From Sminthopsis crassicaudata (taxonomy: Eukaryota), in the NCBI RefSeq assembly GCF_048593235.1, contig NC_133622.1, forward strand, positions 255,630,055-255,694,054: DNA of 64,000 nt, given 5' to 3'. Shown here piece after piece: positions 28,401 through 40,382 of the stretch. Position numbers and translations under genes: made by a program. The notes under the pieces are model-generated. The model saw nothing but the letters and a program-made list of their open reading frames with translations, was not told the origin of the DNA and did no database searches. Numbering within the stretch: the first letter of the stretch is position 1; each line of letters opens with the position of its first letter.

Positions 28401-31400
28401 GAGTGCAGAGAGGCAGCTCCCTGGGGGAGGAAATGCCGTTCCCCCATTTCACAGATAAAGAAACTGAGAGGCCGAGATGCCGGCCCTTCTCGCGGGCAGC
28501 TGGGGGAGCCCCAACACTGCAGATGTCCTGGCTTTTCTTGTTATCTGAACCTGAGATCCCGTAGGGGAGCAGTTAAAAACAGCCTCCCCAGGGGCAGCTA
28601 GGTGGCGCAGTGGATGGAGCCCCAGCCCTGAATTCAGGAGGACCCGAGTTCAAATGTGGTCTCAGACACTTCCTAGCTGTGTGATCCTGGGCAAGTCACT
28701 TAACCCCAGCCTCTCTCCTGACTCCTCTGGCCTCCCCTCATCCTGGGGAGGGGGTGGGACTGTTCCGTGGCTCTTCACTGATTTGTCCGAGCTCCTTCCA
28801 GCCTATGGAGGGGGAGGGGACTGGACCCCGTGCACAGCCCTTGTCTTCATCCTCGTTGGAGGCCCTGGCCCCTGCAGGCCGGTCCCCCCTTCGGCCCCGT
28901 GCAGCCTTCTCCGGCTTCCTCTCCAGCCCTCTCTTCTCCTTCAAAGCTCGGCTGTCTCCTACTGAAGCCTTTCCAACCTCCCCCCCCCCACTTGTGTGCT
29001 GGCTAATTGGACAAGTGCACGCAGGCTCCGGAGGGGCCCTCTCTGCGAGCTCGGGCCAGGCCCGGGGAGCACTGTGTGCTGGGGGAGGGGAGATCCTGCC
29101 GGATGCGGGCAGTCAATCCCTCAGGCTCTCGAGCTCCTCCGCCCCTTTCCGTTGTTCCGGACGGGGACGGGCGCTCTGTCTTCATCCGACAGCGCGTCCC
29201 CAAAGTCCAGTTTCATTAAGCGCAGTTTGAGGAGACTAAGGCTAGAAAGTCCCCGGAGACCGAGTACGGCCCTTGTTGGATGGAGAGTGATACCGCTTGG
29301 CCACCAGGTGTCGCTCTGGCCGATCCTGGACTCTGAGAATAGAATCTGGACTTGGAGGCGGGATAGAGTTCAGTGGCTGGCCACCAGCTGGCGCTCTGGC
29401 TGCTCACAGCCCCTGTGGCTCAGCCCCCATCCCAGATACTTCTATGAAGGACCTGGATTTGGAAGAAGATAGACCCGAATTTAAATCCAGCTCCAGACAA
29501 TTACTAGCCGCGTGACCCGGGACCAGTTAACAGGGAGACAAACTTTGTAAAGCGCTCGAGATTACTGCTGAGGAGAAGGAGGAAGAGGAGCAGGAGGAAA
29601 AATCCCTCAAAGGGGCCCCATCCCATCGGCCCCTTAATCAGAATCCCCCAAACTCACAAGACCCCCAATCTACTCTTCACAGCGCGCTATTTTTATCACT
29701 GCGTGTGTGAGGCACAGCAAGCTCAGGTGTCTGAGGCTGAATTTGAACTCAGGTCCTCCCGACTCTGTCCACTGCGCCATCCAGCTGCCCCTAGTGTGAT
29801 TCTGACCCGGCGCACATCAGAGGGGAAACTCGGCAAATGATAGAATCAGCATTTTCCAAGCTGCTGCTGGCGCCGGGCACTGTGACACAGGAGCCAGCCC
29901 TGCCCTCAGAGAGCCCCTCGTCTAAGAGGGGAAACTACACGGAAAAGACCGTTTCCACTCACGCGAGATTTCCGGGATAAATTAGAAGTAACAGGAAGGC
30001 ACTGGATGGAAGAGAGGTCAGGCTGCTGTCCAGCAGGGGAGGTTCTCGTGGGGGTACTCGAGGAATCCAGGGAATGGGGCCGAGTATTCCAGTCTGGGGC
30101 CCAAGAGCCCGAGCGCCTTGTTCTTACCACAGCCAGGAGGCCGTTGGCACTGGGCTGAAGAATGGCAGCCGGGAGAGGGGTGTCAGCAACCTGCAGAGCG
30201 AGGGCAGGGCTGGCTCAGGAAGGAGTTTGAACGCCACACTGTTGTGTCTTTTGTCTTTTGTCAGAGTTCATTGAACTGGGTGACATGGTGGGACTTGTGC
30301 TCTGGGAAGTCCCTCCGGTGACAGGTGGATAGACTGGCGTGGGGAGAGGCAGACCCCCCCACACACACACACCAATGGCTACTGCCATAGCCCGGGCCAC
30401 GTGAGGAGAGCCTGGCAACATCACAGAAGAAGAGAGGGTGCAGGGAGACAATGAGGGGGGCAGGATAATCCTTAGGTCGGGGCCTGGGCCCTGGGATTAC
30501 TTCAAGGTCCTCAGTAGTAACAGGAGAGGTGGAAGGAGCAGAGGTTTGGGGGCTAGGCTTTGGACATGTGGTGGGTGTCCCGTGAGACTGGAAGTCAGCA
30601 GAGAGGCTGGGGCAGAAAAGGAAGAGAATCATCGGCCATTGAAACGAAAAATTGAAAAACAAAGCTTCTGCTCCTAGGCCGCGGCAGCCTGGGCAAAGCC
30701 GGGCACCCCTCAGCCCAGTCACCAAAAGGAAACGAGAAGCAAGGTTTTTACAAGGGAGCGAGAGGCTTCCTCGGGAACATGTGGGAAACGGGGAAGAGCC
30801 TGGGACATGCCACTGTGGCTTCCGCTGCCCCTCACTGAGGCTCCTCACCAGAATGATTCACGTCCCATTGCTCGGGGGCCCCTCGTTAGTTTTTAGTGCG
30901 TTGTTGAGGGTGCAGCCCCATGGAAGTGACCGTGGTCAACCTTGAGGTGGGTGGTCCGCCAGGAACCCTGCCGGCACAGGCTGGCCACCTCCACCTCCTC
31001 TCCCACCCCCCTTTTAGGGGGTGCCTCCAGCACTAGCACAGCTCAGAGTTCCCTCCATCTCTGTGACAGGAGGAAGAGCGAGGAAAACCCAGGAAAGCTC
31101 AAAATTAGTCTTTTCAAGGGCAAAAGGAACGGGCGGAGGGGAAGAAGGGGAACAAGCTTTCCCCAAGCCCTACTGGGTGCCAGGCCCATGCCCTTGGGAA
31201 GGATTCCCTCCCACACACCTTGTTCCAGCCCAGCCTTCCCAAGAGCTCTGAAGAAGCCAGGCTGCCCTGGACTCCCCAGATGTTGCTGGGCCCCCCAAGG
31301 CCTCAGCCCCCCTCCAAGCTCCCAGCTGACACCAGGAGCTTTCCTCACCTAAACCAGACCTTGGGGCCTCTGAGGCACGCCCTCAGAGGCTGAGGCTCCA

Positions 31401-34400
31401 GTCAGAAGCCCCTTAGAAATGGCAGCGAATGTCCCTCTCATGATATCTGTCTCTTCCCCAGAGGGGAGGAAAGGACTGCCGGCTGCGCAAAGCCAGCGAT
31501 CAGCCCTCCAACCACAGCCAGAACACGGAGAGCAGCTGCTCCACCCCTGAGTCTGTGCAAGACCTGTCTGATGAGGAAAGGGATGCAGGTAAGGAGCCCC
31601 TGCCCCCATTCTTCTTCCAGCTCCCAGCAGCACCCTCCCTTCTGCTCGGAGCCTGGCCCCCTCCCCGGCAATGCTGACTCTCCCCTTCCCCCACTGTCGG
31701 CCATTTCCCACTTTGACAGTCTGTACAGATGCTTCCCCCCTTAGATGATGAGCTCCCTGAAGACAGGGGCCGCCTTTGCCTTCCTCGCACCCTCAGCCTG
31801 GTGCCAGACGCCAGATATGGGACTACTCCATTAGTAGGAGAACCCTCCCTGTGGGCCCCAAACTGACCGATCTCCTTATGTGGGTCACTTCCTCCATGCT
31901 GCCTTGGTTCGACCCTTAGTCAGATGGGGAGACTTGGATCATTTGTGAAGCTTTTTTGTCTCCATTGAACAAAAGCCATATGGCCAGAAAGGCATTGGGA
32001 GCCACTGTTGATCCCTCCCTCCTTTTATACCCCGAAACGGTCCCTGGCGAGCAGAGAAAACCACTCCCAGCTCCGATTCTCTGGCACAAAGGCTCCCAAT
32101 TGGCCGGTTTGCTCGGGAAGTGCAAAGTTCAAACATGCTTAGTCATGCTGAGATCTTAAGAACCTGATTTTCACAAAATCTCAGAATTCTGGGGCAGATA
32201 GATGGTGCAGTGGAAAGAGCACCAGCCCTGCAGTCAGGAAGACCTGAGTTCAAATTTGACCTCAGATACTTAAAACTTCTAACTGTGTGACCCTAGACAA
32301 GTCAGTTAACCCCAAGTGCCTCCACAGCCAAAACAAACAAACAAACGAAAAAAGATTAGATTCTCAAGATAAATGAGTGAGCACATATAAAAAGCTTGGC
32401 AGACCTGACCATGCCATATAATTGCTAGCTAATGTTATTACTATTGTCCGTAATAATTCTTTATTCATAGTAACTATAATAATATAGAGCTAGGAGGAAC
32501 CCTGGAGACAATCTAGGCTAATGTACCCCCCCAAAAAAAAAGACTCTCCTCCCCAGCATTACTACATCAACGAGAATTTATAAAAGTCCTCCTGTATGCC
32601 ATGCACTGTACTACATACTGGATAATCATCCCTGCCCTTGAGCTTACATTCTGAAGGGAGAAAGAACATGGAAATTACTCAGTGTGTACAAGATACCTCC
32701 AGAGTAGAAAGGAAATAGCCTGGGAGAGCACAAAGCTGGGGCAACCAAGAAAGGCCCAATGCCAAAGGTAGCGTTGAGATGCGGTTTGAGGGTCACAGAA
32801 TAGAGGAGCAAGTCCAACCAGGAATTCTAAGTAACGGACATGGAGAAGGGTGTGCTAGGTGGGGTGACTAGAGGTGGAGCACTGTGCATGAAGATCAGAA
32901 AGAGGCATTGGCCTCTGCTTGAAGTCTTCCAAGAAGAGAGACCCAGTAAAGTCAACAATCCTTTATTATGCACTAACTCTGTGCCAGAACATGGATGATG
33001 TGCTGGAGGTACATCTCCCACCGAGAAAAAAAAGGTAAAAGCAGGGCTTGTCCTCCAGGTCCTCGGAATCTTCAGGGGCGAAGAACAACAAGAAAAGCAG
33101 AGAACAAATTGGAGATCACTCCTGAGAGAAGGCACTTGTGTCAAAGGGGATCCAGAAAGTCTCTTACAGAAGAGCTGAGACTTGAAGAAGACTCTACTGA
33201 GAGGTGGAGCTGAAGAGGAAGCCCTGGGGGAGACAGGGTGAGAGAGGTCAGGAAGCAGATCAGCACCACCAGACCCTGGAGAGCTCCAGAGTACAAGACC
33301 CTGGTTTGCCCACTTGAAGTTTAGAGCTGAAGAGGAAGTCCTGGGGGAGACAGGGTGAGAGAGGTCAGGAAGCAGATCAGCACCACCAGACCCTGGAGAG
33401 CTCCGGAGTACAAGACCCTGGTTTGCCCAGTTGGAGTTTAGAGCTGAAGAGGAAGCCCTGGGGGAGACAGGGTGAGAGAGGTCAGGAAGCAGATCAGCAC
33501 CACCAGACCCTGGAGAGCTCCAGAGTACAAGACCCTGGTTTGCCCACTTGAAGTTTAGAGCCCCCTTCTGAGCTTCCTGGACAGCACTCCCCTTTTCTGG
33601 CTGAATATTCCTGGCATGTCGTAGAGGGAAATCTTGTACAGAGAACCCTCAGAACATGGCTTTTGAATCAAAATCACTGAATTTGTATGCTGAGGATCCT
33701 CCTACCTTTAGACTGGACAGCTCTTTGCCCCAGGGGTCCCTCTTGTAGCTCCCCTATGGTCCTGCTTCCACCCGGAGGAGCCGGCTGTCAGGTCCCCCTG
33801 AACTTTCTCTTCTCCTGGCTAAGCATCTTGCACCCCAGGAGCCATGGACTCCAAGCCCTTCCCCATCCTGGCTGCCCTAGTCCAGCTCGCAGAGCATGCT
33901 CTCTAAATCTCTTCCTTGGGGCTCCTTTGCAAATCCCCAAGTTTCCCAGGCTCCTTCCTAGTGCCCTCAGGACCTGCTGATCTTTCATCCACAGCCAATC
34001 TCGCTTTGAGAGGAATCTGCTTAGCAAGAGGAGCCTGGGTGGGAGCTGCCATAATAGAAGGGAACTCCATGTGAGGAAACTGTCCCCCAATCAAACAGGC
34101 TGCTTCGGGTCAGGCATTGTCCCCCCTCACCAGGGGTCTTCAAGACACCTCCCAAGGCATCTTCTTCCTCTTCCCTTTTTCTTGCCCCCTCCCCACTTCT
34201 CCCCTTCCTGCCTCGGTAGGAACACTGAGATTCAGCTCTTTAAAGGGATTAGACAGGAGGTAGAAATAACCCTTCTTGCTCTGTGATCCCAGACTGTGAA
34301 AGTTCCTGCACCCGATGTGGGAAGGAGAACCAGCATCTGAAGGAAATTCATACTGCAGTGTTGTCGCTACAGAAGGCCCAACAGGATATCCACAGGTGAG

Positions 34401-35386
34401 TGACCACACTCAGCAAGATGCTGGCAAATATTTAACAACCGGCTTTTAAACACCCCCACACACATCCCACTTTAATCAACATTTTCATCGCTTTTTAGTT
34501 AAATCTAGATTATCCACCTGGACTTGGCAGATGTAAAAGCTCACCTGAAAACTGACCAAGGAAGCCAGTGTGCAATGGCTCCAACACCCCCTTTCCTGGT
34601 CCCACAGGGACCTGCCCTAGATAGCCAGCTATGGCAACTGAGCCGGGCCCCTTATGCAAGCCTGGTGACAGGAAGGGGGACAATTGTGTGATGCTGCCTG
34701 GTCCGGGCATACCCAACTAGCCAAGGAGGGAGGAAGAAGGTCCCAGGGGATTCAGATCTAAGCCTTCATCCTTCCTAACTGTGGCCTCCCGGCTGCAGTG
34801 TCTCAGACAGTCACTTCCTGGGCTTGAACCCGAGACTTCAGGTGTGAGGATGCCCTCCAGCAGGGCAGAGGGAAGTCCCACAGCCGGCCCATGTCAGAGG
34901 AGGCCTCCCTGACTCCAAAGCCTCCCCCTCACTACCATTGGCAGTGTGGTTCCTTAGCAAGTGGTCAGGGAAAGCTGGAGGGCAGTGAGGTCACTGGTGC
35001 AGCACAAGGAGGGGCCTTGCTTTGCATGGCCAGAGCTCACCACAGAGCCTGGCACCTAAGAGCGCTTAATGTTTAACGACTGCCCAGCTCAGCCCTTGTC
35101 AGGCCGCCCCGGTGCGCTCCCGGGTGCCGGGCCGTGCTCTGCCAGAGGCAGGCCCTGCCCTCCGCAAGGGGCACAAACCAGCTGGGGGCAGCAGCGGGGC
35201 AGAGGGAAGAACGGGCCCCGCTCACCGGCGGCCCGCCTGTTTCTGTGTTCCAGGAACCTCACAGCTCTCAACAAAAAGTCTTTGTACAGGCGGGCACCAG
35301 GAAGCTTTCTGCACAGCTCACGCTGCTGGTTTCTACTCTGCGTGTTTCTGACGTGTCAACTGTTCATTAACTATGTCTTGAAATAA
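7429..35386 (+). CDS. OSBPL5: Oxysterol-binding protein-related protein 5 (ORP5): PH domain, ORD lipid-transfer domain and C-terminal TM anchor; 21 coding exons, 880 aa
   Basis: Exons with consistent phases: 7429-7564, 8754-8839, 9933-10016, 10370-10471, 10885-11088, 11761-11845, 15453-15624, 16452-16668, 18084-18268, 20150-20231, 20919-21017, 22038-22134, 22426-22524, 23617-23714, 25262-25351, 25855-25991, 26535-26720, 27087-27207, 31462-31588, 34293-34395, 35254-35386 (sum 2643 nt). Starts [31 protein letters not shown], contains the OSBP signature EQVSHHPP, ends [19 protein letters not shown]. These match human ORP5 as I recall it. Confidence 0.97.
9150..9910. repeat. Complex minisatellite of 10-11-bp CTGAG-seeded blocks in OSBPL5 intron 2
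   Basis: CTGAGTGCGC/CTGAGCACTGT/CTGAGCGCCGC blocks in higher-order arrays. Confidence 0.93.
10120..10340. repeat. CT-rich low-complexity tract upstream of OSBPL5 exon 4
   Basis: Directly visible. Confidence 0.85.
12520..13980. repeat. Complex (GATA/GATACATA)n satellite containing an assembly gap (N at 12681-12938)
   Basis: Directly visible; the 258 Ns mean the true length is unknown. Confidence 0.95.
18775..19150 (-). mobile_element. Possible solo LTR-like insertion in OSBPL5 intron 9
   Basis: Compositionally distinct block with TG...CA-like ends and an antisense AATAAA near 18958. No target-site duplication was found. Confidence 0.25.
23172..23270 (-). mobile_element. L2/MIR3-like 3' end fragment
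   Basis: GCATTTATTAAGCACCTGCTGTGTGC motif. A + strand equivalent (CACAGTAGGTGCTTAATAAATGC) lies at about 12325-12355. Confidence 0.55.
24400..24690. repeat. Degenerate tandem repeat, about 30-bp unit (GGCTATTAGAACAGAGAATGTGGAATGTCA-like)
   Basis: Recurrent GCTATTAGAA and GAATGT motifs at about 30-bp spacing. Confidence 0.6.
27720..27950 (-). mobile_element. Old MIR/CORE-SINE-like fragment
   Basis: TTTACAG..GAGGAAAC...GGATTTGAACCCAGG core motifs. Similar fragments occur near 530-605 and 11400-11520. Confidence 0.55.
28591..28712 (+). mobile_element. Marsupial tRNA-derived SINE (WSINE1/CORE-SINE-like)
   Basis: GGGGCAGCTAGGTGGCGCAGTGG...GAGTTCAAAT...CTGGGCAAGTCACTTAACCCC; Pol III A/B boxes are recognisable. 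Confidence 0.85.
32191..32355 (+). mobile_element. Marsupial tRNA-derived SINE (WSINE1-like) with A-rich tail
   Basis: GGGGCAGATAGATGGTGCAGTGG...GAGTTCAAAT...AACCCCAAGTGCCTC followed by an (AAAC)n tail. Confidence 0.85.
33206..33556. repeat. Three tandem 117-bp near-identical units in OSBPL5 intron 19
   Basis: Units start at 33206, 33323 and 33440. Confidence 0.9.
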
Positions 35387-36244
35387 AAGCACTGTAGGGG
35401 CAGCAGCCCATGCACCTCCCTGCCGATGAACACTGCCCCCACCCCAGGAGCCCGCCCTGCACGGGTGGGACCCCATCCAGGGAGGCTGGGCCCGAGGCCC
35501 CGGCACCACTCCTGGGCAGCGGTGCCCCTCAAGGGGGCACAGCCTTAACCGCTGAAGCCAAATGTAGCTTATCTGTGCACTTTGTTTCCTACGGCGGCTA
35601 GTCCTCGTCCGTCCGTCTGTCTCATCGCATGTGGTTCCTTCTCCGGTCCCTCACCCTGAGTGTATGTGGCCTTCCCCAGTTCCACCCAGACCCCCGGGGC
35701 AGCGGGAAGGAGGAAACCGAGGGGAGGGGAGGGGGCCCGGCCCAGCGGGGCCTGCGGCCATCCTTTCCTCCATTCTTCCTCCCCGATGAGGGACGGCCGT
35801 TTCCGGAGGTGCAGAGGACGCGTAGGGCTCGCGTTGGTGCGCAGTAATGCACAGTCCTGGCGCCCTGCCCGCCCAGCGCCTCCCCCTCTGGAAGCCCGGC
35901 CCGGGAAGCCCAGTCCTGAGGAGAGGGGGCTCCAAGCTCAGGCCGCCTGGGCCTCAGGATCCTCGGAGCCCCTGCTCTGGGGAGCGCGGAGGGAAGCCGG
36001 CCTGAGTGCGGCTCGCCCCCTGCTGGGCTGCCGGGCCAGAGCCTCTGCGCGGCCCTCCCTGCTGCCAAGTCTTGTTTTCTACCACGTCAGTGGCCACTCC
36101 CCAGTTCTGCCTCAGTGCAGGGAGCAAGTGTGGGGGGGGCGGGTGTGTCTGCTCTCGGCAGTGCCCGGGCCAGCCTGTGGGCCTCTCACCGCGTCCCACT
36201 GCGCCTCCTGCCTTTGGGAAACTTGTTTCTGCTTGATAAGTGAC

Positions 36245-36250
36245 AATAAA
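36245..36250 (+). terminator. Probable OSBPL5 polyadenylation signal AATAAA
   Basis: First AATAAA after the one overlapping the stop codon, about 860 nt into the 3' UTR. Confidence 0.55.
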
Positions 36251-36350
36251 CTGGCCTACCACCTTCGTGTCTTTTCTGGGGACGATCGCTTGGGGGGGCA
36301 GCCCGAGCCCCCCTCACACAGCTCAGGCTCAAAAGGGGGCTTCTTTCTAC

Positions 36351-36356
36351 TTTATT
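36351..36356 (-). terminator. ZNF511 polyadenylation signal AATAAA
   Basis: TTTATT on +, 179 nt beyond the ZNF511 stop codon. Confidence 0.65.
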
Positions 36357-36399
36357 TAGGGGCTTAACAGGGGGAGGCGCCTCAAAGGCAGCTCAGGAC

Positions 36400-38000
36400 G
36401 GCTGCTGGCCTCCAGGGGCCTGCGGACGGACGGACGGAGGGACGGACAGGGGCTCCTCCCGGCGCCGCTCCCCCGCCGGAGGGGGGAGGGGCGGGGCCAT
36501 CCACAGCCGGGGCGGGCACCTCGTCCGGCCGCGGTCAGCGCGGCTCACTCCTTGTCTTTGTGTTTTTAAAGCCCCGCGTGGCCCCCTGGCCGAAGCAAAC
36601 GGTGGCGGGGATGCGGCGGCTGTGGGCGCGGGGCCTGTCGGGGGCGGCCCCGGCCGGGGTCACCTCCATGGGCTCCTCGCCCGCGGGCGGCCGGCCCGGC
36701 CCGCGGGCCTTGCGGGGCTGGTCGAAGCGGAAGTCGGGCGGGTAGCGGTGGGCGCGCACCAGGTGCTCCTTGCGCTCGGCGCTGCTGCGGAACTTGGCGG
36801 GGCAGCCCTCCACCAGGCACTGGTGCATGCTCTGCCGCTCCGCCAGCAGCTGGAAGAGCGAGTCGTGCCACTCGAGGATGTGCACGTCCAGCAGGTGCGC
36901 CGACGGGAAGGAGCGCCGGCACACGGAGCACACGTGCGTGTGCAGCGTCCGGTAGTGGTGCTCGTAGCCCTCCAGGGTGCCGAACTCCTGCTGGCAGCCG
37001 GCCACGTGGCAGCCGAAGGTCGCCACCAGGGGGCGCTCCGGCACCTGGCCGACCTGCGTGATGACATCCTGCAGGTAGGCGTGCCTCTGGACGTCCCCAT
37101 CCTGCGGAGCACAGAGGAGTGAGGCCCCGCCCCCCTCGCTCAGCCCCGCCCTCGCCCCTTCTGCCCGACGCAGGCCCCGCAAGTCAAAGAAGGTCCCACC
37201 CCTCAGCCTCGCTTCCGCCCCGGACCCCGCCCCGACCCCACGTGACCTCGAACAACGGGTGTCCCCGGGGCAGACGCTGGGTCCGCGGCGCGAAGCGAAA
37301 CGGGGCGGCCCCGGCGGCCGGGTGGCGGAGCACGGGCAGCGGGAGCGACTCGGAAGGGCTCCCGGCTGGGGCCGGGCCCAGGCGACCCTCCAGCCCCGGC
37401 GGCAGCTGCATCCTATTCCGGAGCCGGGGGCGGGGCCTAAGGCGGTGGGTAGGTGATGTAACTTCCTGTCCAGGAATCACTTCCGGGTTGCGTCTCACCG
37501 GAAGCGAGGTGCCAAGGCGGCTTCTGGAGTCCTGCCGGGGCTGGAAAGATTTCGGACACCGCCCTCCGTCTTCCTCCCTCCCCGGCTCCCCAAAAGGGAA
37601 GAGTTAGAGCCGAGTTGGAACCCGCTCCCTGCGCCATGCTCGCCTTTGACCTCAGGTTGGAACGCGGAAGGCCATGACCCGAGGGGGGGGGAACAAATCT
37701 CGCTCCGAAGGGGGAAGGGAGGAGATGGAGCCGGCGGACCCGGGGCCGCTCCTCGCAGGCACCGGAGGAGAAAACTGAGGCGGGGGGAGGAGAGGGCCGT
37801 TGTACCCAGTGCGCTTTCTGCTTCGGCGCCGCCGCCTTCCCCCTCCGCGAGCCCCCCGGCCCCCCAGGGGGTGTGCGCGCCCACGCGCGTCCGCGCCGAG
37901 AAGTGCGGAGACGGGCCGCCGCGCTGCGGCCCGAGGTTTTCAGAAGGGGGCGGGGTCAACGCGGTCCGGATTTTAAACTCCGCGGCCGGAGGGGGAGGGG
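36400..38000. promoter_or_regulatory. CpG island covering the ZNF511 body and promoter
   Basis: Very high CpG density. ETS/GABPA-type motifs ACTTCCTG (37461), ACTTCCGG (37489) and CCGGAAG (37498) lie 50-90 bp upstream of the ATG, with a GC box near 37428. Confidence 0.7.
36535..37411 (-). CDS. ZNF511: Zinc finger protein 511, two exons (37411-37247, 37101-36535), 243 aa
   Basis: Exon 1 MQLPPGLEGRL...AAGAAPFRFAPRTQRLPRGHPLFE|gtcacg, a 145-bp intron, then ccgcag|DGDVQRHAYLQDVI...CHVAGC...YEHHY...HVCSVCRRSFPSAHLLDVHILEWHDSLFQLLAERQSMHQCLVEGC...YPPDFRFD...RIPATVCFGQGATRGF. This is the ZNF511 family sequence; the ORF is intact and AATAAA lies at 36351-36356 (-). Confidence 0.92.
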
Positions 38001-40382
38001 AACCGCAGGGGGGGGATCAGAAAGACTGACTGGGACAAACCGGACCGGGCGCTCTGGAGGGAAGAGCGGGCTCCGTTTCTGTGCTCAGTGCTCCCTCCTC
38101 CCGAAGAGGAGTGCTCCCACTCTGGCCAGAAACGTTAATATTCCTTAAGTTCTTTAATAAATTCTCGCTGTCAGACTGTGTGAGAGTGTTATTCCTGACC
38201 GAGCCCCTCTCTCCGCCTTCTCCCCCCCCCCCCCCCCCGGGAGTCTCCCCAAACCCTCCCGCTGTTCCTTCTTATGGAATAACGCTCCGGAATGTTCGGC
38301 CCTTCCCCCAGTGATGGGCGCCCCCCAGTCCCCAGGTTTCTGCCGCCCATGGGGTCCCTTTCACAGGCCCAAAGAAGCGCTGCTGTCCCGCCGGGCACGT
38401 TCCGAACCCCGGCCCAGCCATGCCTTCCCAAACACCCAGAACTTGCCCCGCCCAGGATTTCCCTCACCTAGGAACCCGCTTGGGCCGACCTCGCCCCCTC
38501 CCACTGGGTGCGGCTGCCCCGGCCCTCCTCCCTCCCGGGCGCCGCCATCCTGCACCCCCAGGGCCGGGAGTGAGGGGGCAGAACCCGGCCGCCGGGAACT
38601 GGGGGACACGCAGCGCCCTCACATTTACCACGTTTAGCACGTGCTGGATTTTCAGCCATCTTGGGGATGGGGGGTTGGAGCACAAGCTTGGGCAGGTTAA
38701 AACGTGCCTGTTTTGAGTATTAAAAAGTCCTCAAGCCGCAGCCTCTCCCACCCTCCCACGCTGAGACTGCGCACCCCCTCGGGGAGTGTGGAGGGAGTGT
38801 GGAGCAGCCGCAGCCCCGGCCTGCCCAGCACTCCCACCCCTCCGCTTCCCCCTTCCCTGACTTCAGGGCCTCCCTGCGGGGCAGGGTTTCTGGTCCTCCC
38901 CATTTACAATTACTCCCTCCTCCCCCTTGTATCCCAGGCACAAAGGAGGTCCCCGAGTGACCCTGGCCTGGGAGGGCTGGCTGTCCCAGAAGAAGCAGGG
39001 GACATACAGGAGCCCCGCCCCCCCCCCCCAGACTTCCAGAGAAACTTCCAGAAATAAAAGCTAGAACGTGGCAGAGCGGAGCAGGGCCCGGATCCAGCTC
39101 AGGAGGCCTCCGTGGGTCCCACTGGGCAGCGCTGAAATCTCGGGGTCCCCCCTGGCCCAGAGCCGGAAGTGCTGCGAAGGCCCAGGAAGCCCCGCTCCCT
39201 GCAGCAAGCCCACAAGGATCAGAAGGGGCCATCCGGCCTCTAGAGGGCTGGAGTTTAGCCCACTCCCTTCTGGGGCTAGTTGGGAGGAGGCCTAAGTCCA
39301 CGATTTCTTCTGAGACAACGAGCCACACGGCCCATTTCCCAATATGCTTTTGGGGTACCACCCGTACCCCACATTCCAGGCTGGCTGTTTGGAAAAAGCA
39401 GATCTTCCTCCCCACCCGCCCTCCCCTCAGGAAAGGTTGACTCACTCTGGCCCCGCCCCACCCCACCCATGAGCACTTGTGGTACGGAGAGGGCCAAGGC
39501 CAGGCCACCCCCGACTGAGAGTACCCCGGGGGAGGGGAAGCACTTCTCAAGGGGCAGGAAGGCCCGTCCTGTCCACATGGGAGGTTCGGGCTCCAGGCCC
39601 GGCCCGACAGGGACCCTGCTGAGAGTGGAAGGGAAGAAGCAAGCGTCCTGGGCAGAAGGGCGCTCACCCTGGGCAGAAGGGCGCTCACCCGGCAGCGACA
39701 GGCTCCTCCTGTGTCACACGGAGAGAGCCGCGGCGGGCTTCCATTTCAGGCAGCCGTGCTCAGGGACTCCGGGTCCAGGAGCAGCAGAGCCAGCTCCCTG
39801 CCCGGCCCCCCCCCCAGTGGGAGCTTAAACCCCTCATTTCACCAATTTCCTTCCTGCTTCACAGTGAAGGATCCAGGACCAGCCCCAGAGGCCCTTAAGC
39901 TCCCGCCTCCGGCCGGGGAACCCGGCCCTGAGGAAAACACACGGGTTTGTGTTTGTCTCCTAATGAATCAAAAAGGAAAAAGTGCCCAGGACAGTTTCCC
40001 CCTTCAGGCTCAGTGGCGAGGGACCGGGGATGGCTGACAGCGCGGGGTCCTGGGGACCCCAGGCTTTCCCTTGGAGCTGCCAGCCTGGGCCGGGCAGCAA
40101 TGCAAGGAAGGCTTTCTTGGGGCGGGAAGTGAACAAAGGCAGCAGGCGACAAAACAGCAGGAGACCCCAGGTGTATTTTTAGAGAAACAGAAACACAGCC
40201 GCCCGGGGCACAAGGCTGCCCTGGAAGAGGAAAGAGCTGGGTTCAAATCCTTCAAATTTGAGTGTTAAAGGGAGGAGCCCTCTCCGGCTGGGAGGAGCCT
40301 GCGGTTCCACTGCCAAGGAGACAGCCGGACAGGACCAGGATCCACCACCCTTCCCGGGCGTTTCTGGGAGTCCTCGCCCCAG

